Source: Octopus bimaculoides (Eukaryota). From it: 36,691 nt of DNA. The stretch is from the NCBI RefSeq assembly GCF_001194135.2, contig NC_068998.1, positions 25,722,430 to 25,759,120 of the forward strand, given 5' to 3'. Every line of letters begins with the position of its first letter. Position 1 is the first letter of the stretch. Position numbers and translations under genes: made by a program. Positions 1 to 11,989 of the stretch are shown one piece after another. A model generated the notes under the pieces. It did not search any database. It was not told the origin of the DNA and was given only the letters and a program-made list of their open reading frames with translations.

Positions 1-483
1 TATACACACACACATATGTATATACATATACATGTGTGTGTGTGTGTCTGTGTGCCTCATAGTGTGTCATTTTATGTGACGGAGATAATGGAGGAAACAA
101 CTTTTCAGTAACATATATTTGTGTCGCATGTACGAGCGATTTTTTTAATGAAAATCGAAATGTCAATTCACCATATGTTGGACTTTTGAAAATACGACGG
201 TCGTCCATGAACCGGACGTCTTATTTAGTCTGAACACAATGTGGTGGTCTTACTTTGGTAATAAATCTCTGCTGCACATCTTGTTATTCCTTTCGATAGC
301 ATGGATTCTATGCAGGATTTATATCCAAAGTGCCACTTTCCCTGGAACACGTTAGAGTATCGAAAAGCATGGCATTATTCTGTAGATCCTAGTAGATATA
401 TTATGCTGCATCTTATCATGTACTTTATAACTCAGATTTGAGAGGCTTACTTTTGCTTTAGTGAATTATATTGTCCCCAGTTG

Positions 484-575
484 GCCTCGGTTGAATTTGA
501 ACTGAGAACGTAAAGACAGACGAAATGCTGCAAAGCTTTTTACCCGGTATGCCATCGCTTGTGCCGGCTAGTCAC
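484..575 (-). mobile_element. tRNA-derived SINE, 5' head fragment (diverged)
   Basis: Reverse complement matches the head of the young copy at 21584 (tagccggcacaagcgatggcataccgggtaaaaagctttgcagcatttcgtctgtctttacgttctcagttcaaattcaaccgaggcc), including the B-box-like agttcaaatt. Confidence 0.75.
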
Positions 576-2742
576 TTGAAAGAGCCAAAACATTAGTTTC
601 AAATTTTGGTGCAGCCAAAAAAGACAACTAATATATTGAAATTCTTATACCGTACGTACATCATTAGATTTATTGTTAATGAAGGCGAAACCTGGAGTGC
701 CTTATTATTTCACTGGACGAGTTCTAATTGATAATGAGACCAGCTAGATTGCAGACTCCAAGGTATCCGTCCTTAAGGTTTGTAAGCCTTCAGCAGAATT
801 AGAAGGTATTGATCCATCGTAATGAAATCTTATCTCTAATGATAATTTCCTTTATTTTAGATCTGGCCTTTAACCTGGCGAATTTAAAGTGCCATCCATC
901 GGAAACATGATTGAATAACGTGGCAGCTTCCGGTGCATGCTAAGCTAACGAAGTGTATCAGCAGAAAATACATTTTTGCCTGACTCAATTCTTCATTCAA
1001 AATTCCTTGGATATGGTTTCCCAATATTCACTATCCTATCATGGAACAATATTATGTTGCTTAGCAACTTTTGTAGACAGCCAATAATTAATAACATCTT
1101 AAACACCCCCAGATAACTTATGAGAAAGTCGCTTTTATTAGGGCTATGGAAATCAGTTCTCAAAGTTACGTTTCTTCGAACAGGCACAGCGAAAACATTA
1201 TGTATACTCTAAAGCTGTTCGTAGTGAAAATATTTCATAACTCAGAAAATATTTGACCTAAAAGTTTCTGAAGATTTTGTAAAACATACCAATGAAAAAT
1301 TACCGTCTATACTAAGAAAGGTATTTCACTGTATATGTTCGTAAATTTTCAATACAGTACACCAATATTTTACGTAAATATCTTTTACGAACACTGAAAA
1401 ACAGACGCTAAGCTAAATTTGAGTGTTATATCATCTGAATATAACGAAATTATGTTCCAATAACTCCGTCTTGAGACTGTTTTTCCCCACATGAAACGTG
1501 AAGTAACTAGATATTCAGGGGTTACAACTAATAACCCTGTTAAATATGTCGAAATATGGATGAATACAGATACATATTCACATTTATATATTTCTAATAT
1601 CCGTAAATGTCAAGTTAGTTTGGATTATACTATAGGCTATAATTGTTTTCTAGTCTAGAAATAGCCTTCTTTTATCTCTGCGTTGTAACTGAATTTTGTT
1701 TTAAATATTTAAAAATATATTTATAAAACTATCTCTTCTGTTCAGGTGAATACTTCATCGGTATAAGCTGTGAGTTAAAACACATTACGTGCGATATAAA
1801 TATTGCTAGATATTGCATAATTTGAAGTTTATAAGAACCAGAAAATGTAAGTACTATTAAAATAAATTTGTCGACAGGGTATACTAAAAGTTATTTAGCA
1901 TAAATATTATAGTAAAGGATCAAAGTTAAAACAATTCAATATTTTATTATTGTATCATCTGAATATACCTGAATACTATGTTTATCTATTTGTTTAAAAG
2001 TATGATATATGATTGTATACATTTTTGTTAAATATTCTTTCGGTCAGGTCTATGTAACTTGCTTCAACAAGGTTGGGTTATATAAAGATGTCCTCTGATT
2101 CATATGTTATTTTTCTTTCTACTTTGCTAGAGTTGTCTAGTGAACACGTATTCGGTTAACTGCTTGATCGCGTATCTCCTTTTTTTATTTTCGTGAGTTA
2201 ATATGATTTTTTAGAATTTTATTTATTTCATTTATTTTTTGTTCTTGTGCAACTAGAGCTACATTCAATTGTGTGTCTATTATGTCTCAGAAAAAGTCTT
2301 AGAAAATCTTTTGCTATTCAATATTCTATATTCAGTGAAAGGTGTGGGATCCATATAATATTCCTACGCTTCCTTTATATTTGGGCGGGGGGCGTCGTTG
2401 CGGGAACTGCGATAGCTACTTTCATTTTGAATCTCCCAGCTAATAAGGAATTACTGTACTGCTATTCTGCCACAAATTCTTATACTCGAGGAGAGTTTGA
2501 TAAGGAATCTTCTAGCATCGGGAAAGAGGTTCTTACCTACAAAGTAGGGTGAAGTGATCCTAAGTTAACATAGGAAATATTTCATTTGGCTCCTTCAAAA
2601 TGTTGAGTGTTGAAAATCAAGAGTGTTTAGTTAAGAAGATCTATTTACTTAAAGCGGAAAGTAATCATTACGCATTTTAGATGAAGTTCAACCATTATTC
2701 CTGTATATGCAAAAATGTATGATAATATATTTCTTAGCAATA

Positions 2743-2947
2743 AGGCAGAGTCGTTAGCACGCCGGCAAAAGTAGTTAGCGTCGTTTCGACCCTCTTTACG
2801 TTCTGAATTCAAATACCATCAAGGTCGACTTTACATTTTGTCCTATCGTGGTCAATAAACCAAATATCGGTTGAACACTGGGTCGATGTAATCGGGTTAT
2901 CCCCTCAGCCGGAATTTCTGGCCATGCGCCAATAGTTGAAACCATTA
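2743..2947 (+). mobile_element. tRNA-derived SINE (older tail type)
   Basis: ggcagagtcgttagcacgccgg...ctgaattcaaatacc...aaggtcgacttt...ctgggtcgatgtaatcg...ggccatgcgccaatagttgaaaccattat; collinear with the other copies in the window. Confidence 0.85.
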
Positions 2948-3833
2948 TATTTCTCAGCAAAAAAAAAATTCGTTTCGATAATCCAACGACAAAACATATG
3001 TGAATTGTTATGTATAAGTGAAAGATATAGCTCACTGTGATACATAACTTTAGGTAGTTTTCTACATATAAGCGACAGCAATTTGCGGAGCAGTCAATAT
3101 ATCGATGATTGTTCACATTCATTTACAAATAGGGCAACAAAAAGGTTAACAGATTCTACTACTATAAACATCATAACGTTCACTAAATCTACCAGTAAAC
3201 ACAACATAGAATCATCAAACTTTGCACATTCAATGATGATTTCATGTAATAATTTGTCATTAAAACCAGTACGGCAAAGCGAAGCAGCGCGCTTTTTTTT
3301 TCAGCCTTTGAAGCATGAGAAGTTGCGCACAATATTTCACTTGGCCAGAAAGTAACATTTGAAACGCCTATTGTAAAATTCCTGAAAGACCACTCTTCAA
3401 CCGGAATTGCTCAATTTCTGAATATTGGATCAAACAATGAATATCATCAGATTCCATACAACGATATAACAAGGAGAAAGCAGGGAAGTAATAGGAACAG
3501 TTAATAACTGGGAATTCGGTTAAATTGAATATGAGCAGACTGAAGTAGAATTCCACAATAGCATGGAAGGGCTCTCAATTTATTTTATTTATTAGCTGAT
3601 GTTTCTCTTGTTTATATTCAAATGCTCATAATTTCAATGCCTTAAAGAGACGTTACAGTGAAAGCATGGAAATTTCAGCAAATACCGGTGAAATACTAAC
3701 AGACACTCCGTATACGTGTAACAGGGTGTATGTGTTCATACCAACTCACATACACATAAGCTTAGAAACTGATAAGTAGAGGCACATGTACATACATACA
3801 TACATACATAGAGACATATATATATATATATAA

Positions 3834-3834
<1 letters not shown>

Positions 3835-3920
<86 letters not shown>
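3835..3920. repeat. (TG)43 microsatellite
   Basis: Perfect dinucleotide run, directly visible. Confidence 0.98.
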
Positions 3921-3924
<4 letters not shown>

Positions 3925-3939
3925 GACCAGTCTATCTAT

Positions 3940-4083
3940 GGAGTGACTGGTGTAGGAAGGGCATCCAGCCGCAAAAAGCATGCCCAAAAGGCTCAGAAGC
4001 ATGGCGCAAGATCCCACCTGGCCAGCTCTTTTCAAACTGTCCAATCTATGGCAGCATGGAAGGAGGATGTTAAACGATGAAGC

Positions 4084-4135
<52 letters not shown>
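3940..4135 (+). mobile_element. 3' part of a second SINE/LINE-tail family ending in a (GAT)n tail
   Basis: gtaggaagggcatccagccgcaaaa...gcatggaaggaggatgttaaacgatga followed by (GAT)~17. Recognised from memory as a common octopus repeat end; family not assigned. Confidence 0.6.
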
Positions 4136-4137
4136 AT

Positions 4138-4669
4138 ATTGGTGCTGGAAAATATTTAACACACACTCAGCGAAATTTTCCTATAGCTGCTGCTCCAATA
4201 TGAAGATCATTATATCACGGGAACACGAAAAGCCCACTCCTATTTGTAACTGTCGAGACCCACGAACCTGTCTACTCGACAAGGATGTACGATTAAATCC
4301 GTCATATATGAGGCAGAAGTTACTGCAACGCTATGTGATAACAGAACCGATAAGAAGAGCTCTATTGGACTATGTGAAGGCCACTTCAAAAATCGCTATG
4401 CTAACCACATATCTTCCTCCTGACGAAGACAAAAGTAAAGCTAATATCTTGGTTAGTGATGAACGCTAAACCACATACGATAAAGTGGAAACTAGTCGAA
4501 AAATTTGCACCATATCTTAACAGATCAAAAGAAATGTTAGTAATGCGTAGCTGAAAGAACTCAAATCCTTATCAGATCTAAGAACTCTAACACACTGCTG
4601 AATTCCCGATCCGAAATTTTCAGAGGTTGTATGAATATGACTAAGCTCTTGTTGACGAATAATACGTAG
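4138..4669 (+). mobile_element. Penelope-like element, decayed C-terminal linker plus GIY-YIG endonuclease
   Basis: Joined across frameshifts: KIFN..KFSYSCCSNM; CNCRDPRTC (CxCx5C, 4245-4271); VIYEAEV...SIGLCEGHFKNRYANH (GIY/YIG equivalents at 4301 and 4361); IKWKLV; C**C (CxxC, 4535-4546); LNSRSEI..C..KLLL, stop at 4667-4669. Confidence 0.88.
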
Positions 4670-4672
4670 ACG

Positions 4673-5582
4673 AAAATTATTTTGTGTTCGTGCTTAGACG
4701 CACATATACATACACAGATACATATATACGCACACATGTATACACGTTCGCACATGCACATCCACATATATGTATACGTGTGTGTATGTGTCTCGTATGT
4801 ATATGCGTATATATATTTACTTATGTGTATACACAAGTGTATTTACAAGTGTGTGTGTGTGTCAAACTTTGTACAGATGTCTGTATCTTGCTTTAAATAC
4901 GAATATATTTACATATTTATCTATGTTATGTATTTATGTTTATGTATATATACACGTGTGTACCTGCATATATGAATTCCTATACATATATATGTATGTA
5001 TTCGTCCATATGTGTGCGTATGTGCGTGTATCTAGTTGTATGTGTATGCCCATATACTTGGATTTGCGTGTGTGAGCGCGTATGTATATTTGCGTATACA
5101 TATATATATATATATATATANNNNNNNNNNNNNNNNNNNNNNNNNNNNNNNNNNNNNNNNNNNNNNNNNNNNNNNNNNNNNNNNNNNNNNNNNNNNNNNN
5201 NNNNNNNNNNNNNNNNNNNNNNNNNNNNNNNNNNNNNNNNNNNNNNNNNNNNNNNNNNNNNNNNNNNNNNNNNNNNNNNNNNNNNNNNNNNNNNNNNNNN
5301 NNNNNNNNNNNNNNNNNNNNNNNNNNNNNNNNNNNNNNNNNNNNNNNNNNNNNNNNNNNNNNNNNNNNNNNNNNNNNNNNNNNNNNNNNNNNNNNNNNNN
5401 NNNNNNNNNNNNNNNNNNNNNNNNNNNNNNNNNNNNNNNNNNNNNNNNNNNNNNNNNNNNNNNNNNNNNNNNNNNNNNNNNNNNNNNNNNNNNNNNNNNN
5501 NNNNNNNNNNNNNNTATATATATATATATATATGTATCTGTGTATGTATGCGTGCGTCTAAGCACGAACACAAAAAAATTTT
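4673..5582. repeat. Foldback unit bounded by 56-bp inverted repeats, with a microsatellite-rich interior and an N gap
   Basis: 4673-4728 is the reverse complement of 5527-5582 at 53/56 positions (core gtgttcgtgcttagacgcac). Confidence 0.8.
5121..5514. other. Assembly gap (N run)
   Basis: N bases. Other gaps are at 8942-9049, 21693-21702 and 27438-27653; the three long ones abut TA or CA microsatellites. Confidence 1.
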
Positions 5583-5817
5583 CCCCTAAGTATTATCTTC
5601 CTTTCAACTTCTCCATCTTTTTCTTTCTTTTAACAGTTACAACATCGCAGGCTCATTACGTCATTTCCCCTAAACCACAATGTATGATTTTGACGTTCGT
5701 ATTTGAATGTTTCGCGTTTCAGTAATGTTTCTGCTGCTTTACTCATTCTCGAATTTGATGGACATATAGCAGTAGGTAAGCCGACTCAGAAAATCGCTAG
5801 TGAGACTTTTTATTAAT

Positions 5818-5859
5818 GTACCCAAAGAGACACAGGACGGGTCGAAACATGTGTCGTAC
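5818..5859 (+). ncRNA. Degenerate minimal type I hammerhead ribozyme, probably in the Penelope pseudo-LTR
   Basis: GUAC-ccaaaga-GAC-acaggacgg-GUC-GAAAC-augu-GUC/GUAC. Stems I-III, GAAA and the GUC triplet are in the correct order. The core reads CCAAAGA instead of CUGANGA. It lies downstream of the Penelope EN on the same strand. Confidence 0.65.
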
Positions 5860-6072
5860 CCAGTAAAACCTTTTACTTATTCCATCTATTTTATTAATAC
5901 CATATGTTAATAGTAATGGTAAGACAACAAAAAATGAATGAGACCTCGATATTATGTAAATAGAGGAATTTATCTTTAAATATAATAGGTGACAATTATT
6001 CGGTTGCCATAATAGGACTCCGAGTTTATATATATATATATGTTTGTATGTATATATATATATATGTGTGTG

Positions 6073-6112
<40 letters not shown>

Positions 6113-6739
6113 GGTATGTGTGTGTGTGTGTACAGACGTTGTAGATGACAATGGCATCTCTATGTGGCTAATATCTTATCGTTCTTTTCCCCTAACGAAC
6201 ATCGTCTAAACTATTGAATAGCGCACACTGTTCTACCCATACAAAATTGAGATTGTTGAAGATCTTTATGAACGGGATTGACAAAAACGTGAGGTGCACT
6301 TGAGAATATCCTTTACAATGTTCCCGCCGATGCCTTTTTTTCTCATCACAAGCAGCAAAGCCCACTTTTATCTGTCTAATTCTGTTAATAAACAACATTT
6401 TTAATACTGGGCGAAACAGTTTCATGAAAAATCTGTGTACAGCGAGTTACTGTATGGTGCACTATTGATAATTCTGTTATTTGGCACCCTCGCTCCGAAA
6501 GAGCTATGCGATTTCAATAATGTGTACTCAGCGATGTGTAACTACTTGGAACAAAGATTCGGAACTACTTGGAACCAAAATTCACATACTTTGGCGGCTC
6601 GAGTGTTTTGGTTCAAATTAGAGAAGCACTACTGAGAATGCGTGGATATCAATGGAGGTATTGCGCGAACGGCTTTTAGAACACTTGCTCTTCTAATGCG
6701 GTGAGGTTGAAAGATCTTATTTCTAATATTTCCTGAATT

Positions 6740-6835
6740 CTGAGGTGTACAAACTTCTGAAAGCTGAGGTGTACACACTTCTGAAAGTAGAGGTGGACAA
6801 ACGTCTGAAAGCTGAGGTTTACAAACGTCTGTAAA
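6740..6835. repeat. 24-bp minisatellite, 4 units
   Basis: ctgaggtgtacaaacttctgaaag / ctgaggtgtacacacttctgaaag / tagaggtggacaaacgtctgaaag / ctgaggtttacaaacgtctgtaaa; no spacers. Confidence 0.9.
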
Positions 6836-8909
6836 CTTAGGGTACACCAACTTCGACCAACAACCATTACTGAATTGGTGGCTTATATGCCCCAAACAAT
6901 TGCAGAAACATCATCGAAAAAGACAGCAATAGTGCATCATGATAGGTTAAAGGCAATAATTTGGTGATGTCATCCTTAGAATGAAACAAATTATATCCAC
7001 GTTAACGTCAGCTATATATACTTTAATAAATTTTAGCAAATATTTATCTTCGCATTTTTGTCAACTTATAAAATGTTGGATGGTTTCACCCAACACTGTA
7101 TATAAGGTTGTGAAACATATCATTTTACTCACTTCTGGCCCGATGGCGAAAATACTGGAAATAGTGTAAGCCGATTGTTCGTACACCTAAAAGAAACATA
7201 TTCTAGATACTTAGATATTTCTTAAGATTATTTCATAATTCATACTCAATGTCGATGTTTTTACATGGAGTCTGTTTTTTTTATGATTTGATTAACGTTT
7301 AGTAATGTGTATGATTTGAGTAATATAAGTAATTTTTTTTTATATTTGCTCTTTGCGAAATGTATATAATAAGAATGTAAATCAGTGAAGATATTCAAAT
7401 GATATGAATATTAATATTGAAATCCTTATTTGAATATATGTTTGATGGATAAATAATTTAATATAACGTATATGCAAGTAGTTTCAACTATACATTACCA
7501 GTCAAACCTATGTGTGATGAGCCAAACTTTCAGTTTGTTATATATAACTGATATGAAGAGAACAGTTACTGAAAAATATAAAAGAATTTTAGATGAAAAA
7601 TTACACGCATTGGATAAATAATAAACAATATGCGCCAAATTGAAGCGAAAATGTTTTGGATACATTCACAAATGTATACAATTCAATTTATGAAATTATG
7701 ATTTCGTACTTCATCAATTTAGAAGTTGAGCAAAACATTCTATATCGAACATTTACTGTCCATGTAAATATCTCAGTCTGGCAAATTGTTGATTATTTAA
7801 TTCATACTTTTCCAAATAGACATTTTACTGTCCAAATGCATTTTAAGTGATAATTCAGCATCGAAATATTATGGTGGAGTAACTGTAAGTACAGTTACAG
7901 GAAGATTTAATTAGCATCAACATTCAAAATTCTTGAGATATGTTTGGTCAATTGTTTATCAAAATGGATATGCCCAATGAGAAAAAGTACGGAAGGACTT
8001 TATAATTTGAATACACTACATATCAAACGGCATAAACACAATAACGACAATACGGAAATTTACATCTCAGAAAAATATACATATATGATTATATTACAAA
8101 TGTTCCGGCTTACCCAAACTTCAAGATTGATGTTATTCTAGCGTCATAAATCAAAATATTTCTTAAAATATTTTCAGATACATAACAGCTGAAAAGAATA
8201 AAGCGAAGTAGTATACCTATTGATGTTTTACAAAAATTAAATTATTTGTTTGGGTGGTGTAGAAAGAAATTCGTTCTGTTTTATCGTTATATATACCAAA
8301 TACACATGCGAGAGAATAACTGATATATCCTAAAATAATTTTGATAATACATGAAACAATTTTCTGTTCTTAACGTGTCTTTGCAAATAATTTATGACTT
8401 ATGCTGTAAATAAATTCAACTTTGTACTCTTTACTAAATTGATTGTTTGTAATGATAGTTAAAGCGAAAAAGGAGTTGCTGTGATTTATATAATTGCAGA
8501 TTAAATTATAATATATAATCTACACTACAAATTTTTGAAATATTTATTCTCCTCTATTTTTAACTCATTAATTGTGTGCTTACTTTTCTGTGAAATATAT
8601 AATTTCGGAACAAAACATAACAGTGGAGACATACAGGGAAACCGAACGAAAGCAGACAAGGAACGAAATGAGAATAGTAAACGCTAGGAGAGAATGCTCG
8701 CAATGAAGAGTAGACAGACGACAACTGATGAAGGGTTCTGTTTCTGTGTTAAAGTGTCCTGTTTTCCATTTTTTCTTGTTGTTTACGTATATTACTCGTT
8801 TTTTTGTTCTGCAATCACTGTCCCTATCCTGTATCTATCTCACATATGTGTATGTTATTTGCACTGTTGGTGACATCCTGTACCCATGCATGCACCTATA
8901 TACATATGC

Positions 8910-8941
<32 letters not shown>

Positions 8942-9178
8942 NNNNNNNNNNNNNNNNNNNNNNNNNNNNNNNNNNNNNNNNNNNNNNNNNNNNNNNNNNN
9001 NNNNNNNNNNNNNNNNNNNNNNNNNNNNNNNNNNNNNNNNNNNNNNNNNATATATATAAACACGGTTCTGTGTGCTTGTGTGTCCCTGCGTGTATTTGTA
9101 AATGCATGCGTGCATGTATAAAATATACGCGCATGCACACGTACTTTCATTTATACTTATGAATATATGCATATGCAC

Positions 9179-9226
9179 GATATCCTTTGTACCCCGATAT
9201 CCTCTGTACCCCGATATCCTCTGTAC
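9179..9226. repeat. 17-bp tandem repeat, about 2.8 units
   Basis: gatatcct(t/c)tgtacccc x2 plus gatatcctctgtac. Confidence 0.9.
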
Positions 9227-11074
9227 ACAACCGGCTAATGTAAATAACGAAATATTTTATAATCGAGCTAAGTGGAACTGAGTTTAGTGAGCGATGTTCT
9301 TTTGAAAAGTCATTTGGCGAGATACATCTGCACTGAATGATGTTCCACAATCAGTTATCCAGTATCTCGCCTCCGAGAGACCGATGTCAGATGGGTCGAA
9401 ACGACCGATGTGATTAATAAATAATATCGTGAATTCCATTTTATTTTTCTCTCATTTGTTATATACTCGATGGGCTCGAAGGAATTCCTGAAGCAAATTC
9501 AGTGGCACTTATATTCATACCGTTAATGACATCAAAGATCAGGTAGCTGAAGACTGTGTTTTAAATGCCACACTACTAGGTGTATACCCAATTTTAAAAT
9601 GATGATGTACATATATGTGTGTGTATGTGTGAGTGTGTGCGTGTACATATATACTCATATACATGTATATATATGTATGTATATGTATGTATATGTATGT
9701 ATATATATACATATGTGTGTGTGTATCCACGCGCGCATATATGTGCGTGTACGTATCGGTGTGTGTATATGTGTCTATATGCGTGTGGATTGCTTAAACA
9801 ATATTCTGGCGCATGTCAAGATGGGTATGAGACAAATGCTTCATACGCCTTACTCGATATATTTAATCAAAATAGTATTTATTTCCCGTCATTATTGATA
9901 ACAGAAAATAGTCCAATCTATTTGGTAAATAGTTGATCCCTCAGAGATATATTTTTCAGGTTTTGTAGGGAAGCGTTCATGTTTAATGTCATAGTGGTCT
10001 TGCATTATCGTGTAAGAATGAAAACCTCGTTACAATTAACAAATGTTGAACACATTTTCTGCAAGTTATTGTGTTACGCTTTAAATCAACATTTAACACT
10101 TCAAAATATATTGATTTCTTTAAGCATACTAAACAGTGTTTCAGGTATCCATCCCTATATAAAGATCTATGCTCTTCAGGAAAGGACGTGCTTAAAATAG
10201 GGATGATCCAGCCTGTAAGTAATTATACAGGAAACGTTTTATTTACCGTAGTAATATTTACTTGCATTAATCGAATACTCATCGAAATTGATGGTAGTGT
10301 CTACTTAGAGCTGATTCTGTTTGAGTGGATAAGTAAAATTTTGTTGAGGCTTTGTTGTGGGTTTCCAATATGGGTTGGCAACAAATATCGCTGTTTTATC
10401 AGTGTGAACTCTGATCAAATATTGATTGCGATTGTAGTGTAGCGAGTAGGGAATTATTTTAAATAATTACATTTTTTTGCAAGGTAAAATCTCAATGGCG
10501 ATTTAGGAAGTTATAGTGTGTTCTGACGCTGCGATGCTTGTCAACAGCCATTACGCTCTAGTTGAACATCATGTAAGTGGTGCTGTGGTGAATAAGCAGT
10601 TCCTACTTGATTTTGTTATAGAATTCAATTGAAGTTGTATGAGCAGAGGTTATAAATATTCTGTTACATTATTTTATTACTTAATTTTCTTTCTGGAACT
10701 ATGTTTTTATTTGAACGTGATTCCTCTTTACATGAGATGTATTTCTTTATTTTATTTAAAATGTCGCCACATATAACAGGTATGTCTGTATAATCTAGTA
10801 TTATAAACGTTTTTATTGTTACTTCCTTCATAAAAAGAATTCTTAATGTGCAAACGAGTTGAAACAGAAAATCAAATCGCCATTTCGTCTTCTTGCAAAC
10901 AATTAACTGGAATTATATTTTGAAATTTAATAAAAATAGCTAATTAAACAGAAGCAGTAATTACAAATTTATTAAAGAGAAAGAAAATGCATAGAAGAAT
11001 ATCTGTATTGATTAATATTCTAGTTTTGGAAAACAAATTCAAATGGTTTTAAATGAAAAGTGTACTTCTGTCCT

Positions 11075-11078
<4 letters not shown>

Positions 11079-11153
<75 letters not shown>

Positions 11154-11158
11154 TCTCT
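11079..11158. repeat. (CT)n microsatellite
   Basis: Directly visible; a similar (CT)n run lies at about 16281-16338. Confidence 0.95.
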
Positions 11159-11989
11159 CATACTGATGAGATAGAATAGTGTGAATTAAAATAGACTTGT
11201 ATTTTCATGGAACTCCAATTTGACATTAGCCAAAATACTCCGGCTAAATTAATCAATAATCAGAAACGTGAATTGACCAATAATAGAATGCTGTATCTGA
11301 GTTCACCTTCAATAAGTACGGTTTCATTTCATCTGTTATATTTAGGTCAAAACTTCTCGTAATTTGCACGTTCTATTTTTCTACACTACTTTGGAATTTA
11401 GGGATACAGATTATACTTTTAAACATGAGAATAAACATCAATATATCTCGCAATGCAGATACGTCAAGTGTTGTAATATTACACTGTCCTAACAAGAATT
11501 TAAGATATTTCTCTAAATTTTCGTATTGGATAAGGTTATCTAATACATATTTGCGGCAATATGTCTATGTCTCTGTGACATAACGATTCACACGCTCTTC
11601 AAACTCATATATATATATCATTATTCAGCATCTAGTATCGACCTTTTGTTTCCCCGTTAACTGTATCTGTGCACTACTTATGTATTCACCTCACTTTTAA
11701 AATATTCTTAATTCTGTTGAACCGACATACTGCTTCGCATTAATCTTCTAGTTATGCCATCTTTCGTCGAACATTCATTGAATCAATTGTTCCAGGGTGG
11801 CGTGTTTTATTTTCTCGTGTCTCCAGTCAGGTGACTTCAACTTTCCAAACGCCCAAACGTCTCGTTTTAACTATAAATCTCATGTTCAAACAATAGATGA
11901 ATGTAGCTGAACGGTAACTGGACATATTCTGGGTTGTAGCTTCTAATTTCATGCCACTATTGTGGCATCTCTTGTTGATATTTTTCTCT

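Noticed and set aside
2531-2557. AG|GT recursive-splice-like sites (minus ctttgtag|gtaaga here; plus ttttttag|gtaact near 28200 and tttctcag|gtaacg near 31832)
   Set aside because: They lie on opposite strands, no host gene is established, and a few such motifs are expected by chance in 36 kb of AT-rich DNA.
3290-3510. Open frame EVAHNISLGQKVTFETPIVKFLKDH... as an exon or metalloprotease motif
   Set aside because: No intact HExxH, no clean splice pair, and no recognisable family.
3736-4136. ORFs with poly-CV, poly-HT and poly-M runs, and similar poly-N/I/L/K/ER/YI ORFs elsewhere (4561-5725, 8728-9178, 9539-9936, 13541-13849, 17164-18029, 21919-22413, 27264-27813, 30267-30945, 35686-35946)
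   Set aside because: They are translations of microsatellites or N gaps, which lack stop codons; there is no independent sign of coding.
6740-6835. 24-bp repeats as a CRISPR array
   Set aside because: The units are contiguous with no spacers, there are no cas genes, and the context is eukaryotic.
8720-8760. ctgatga cores here and at about 11163, 21214 and 26755 as hammerheads
   Set aside because: No correctly placed stem II and GAAA; the last two lie inside LINE and transposase coding sequence.
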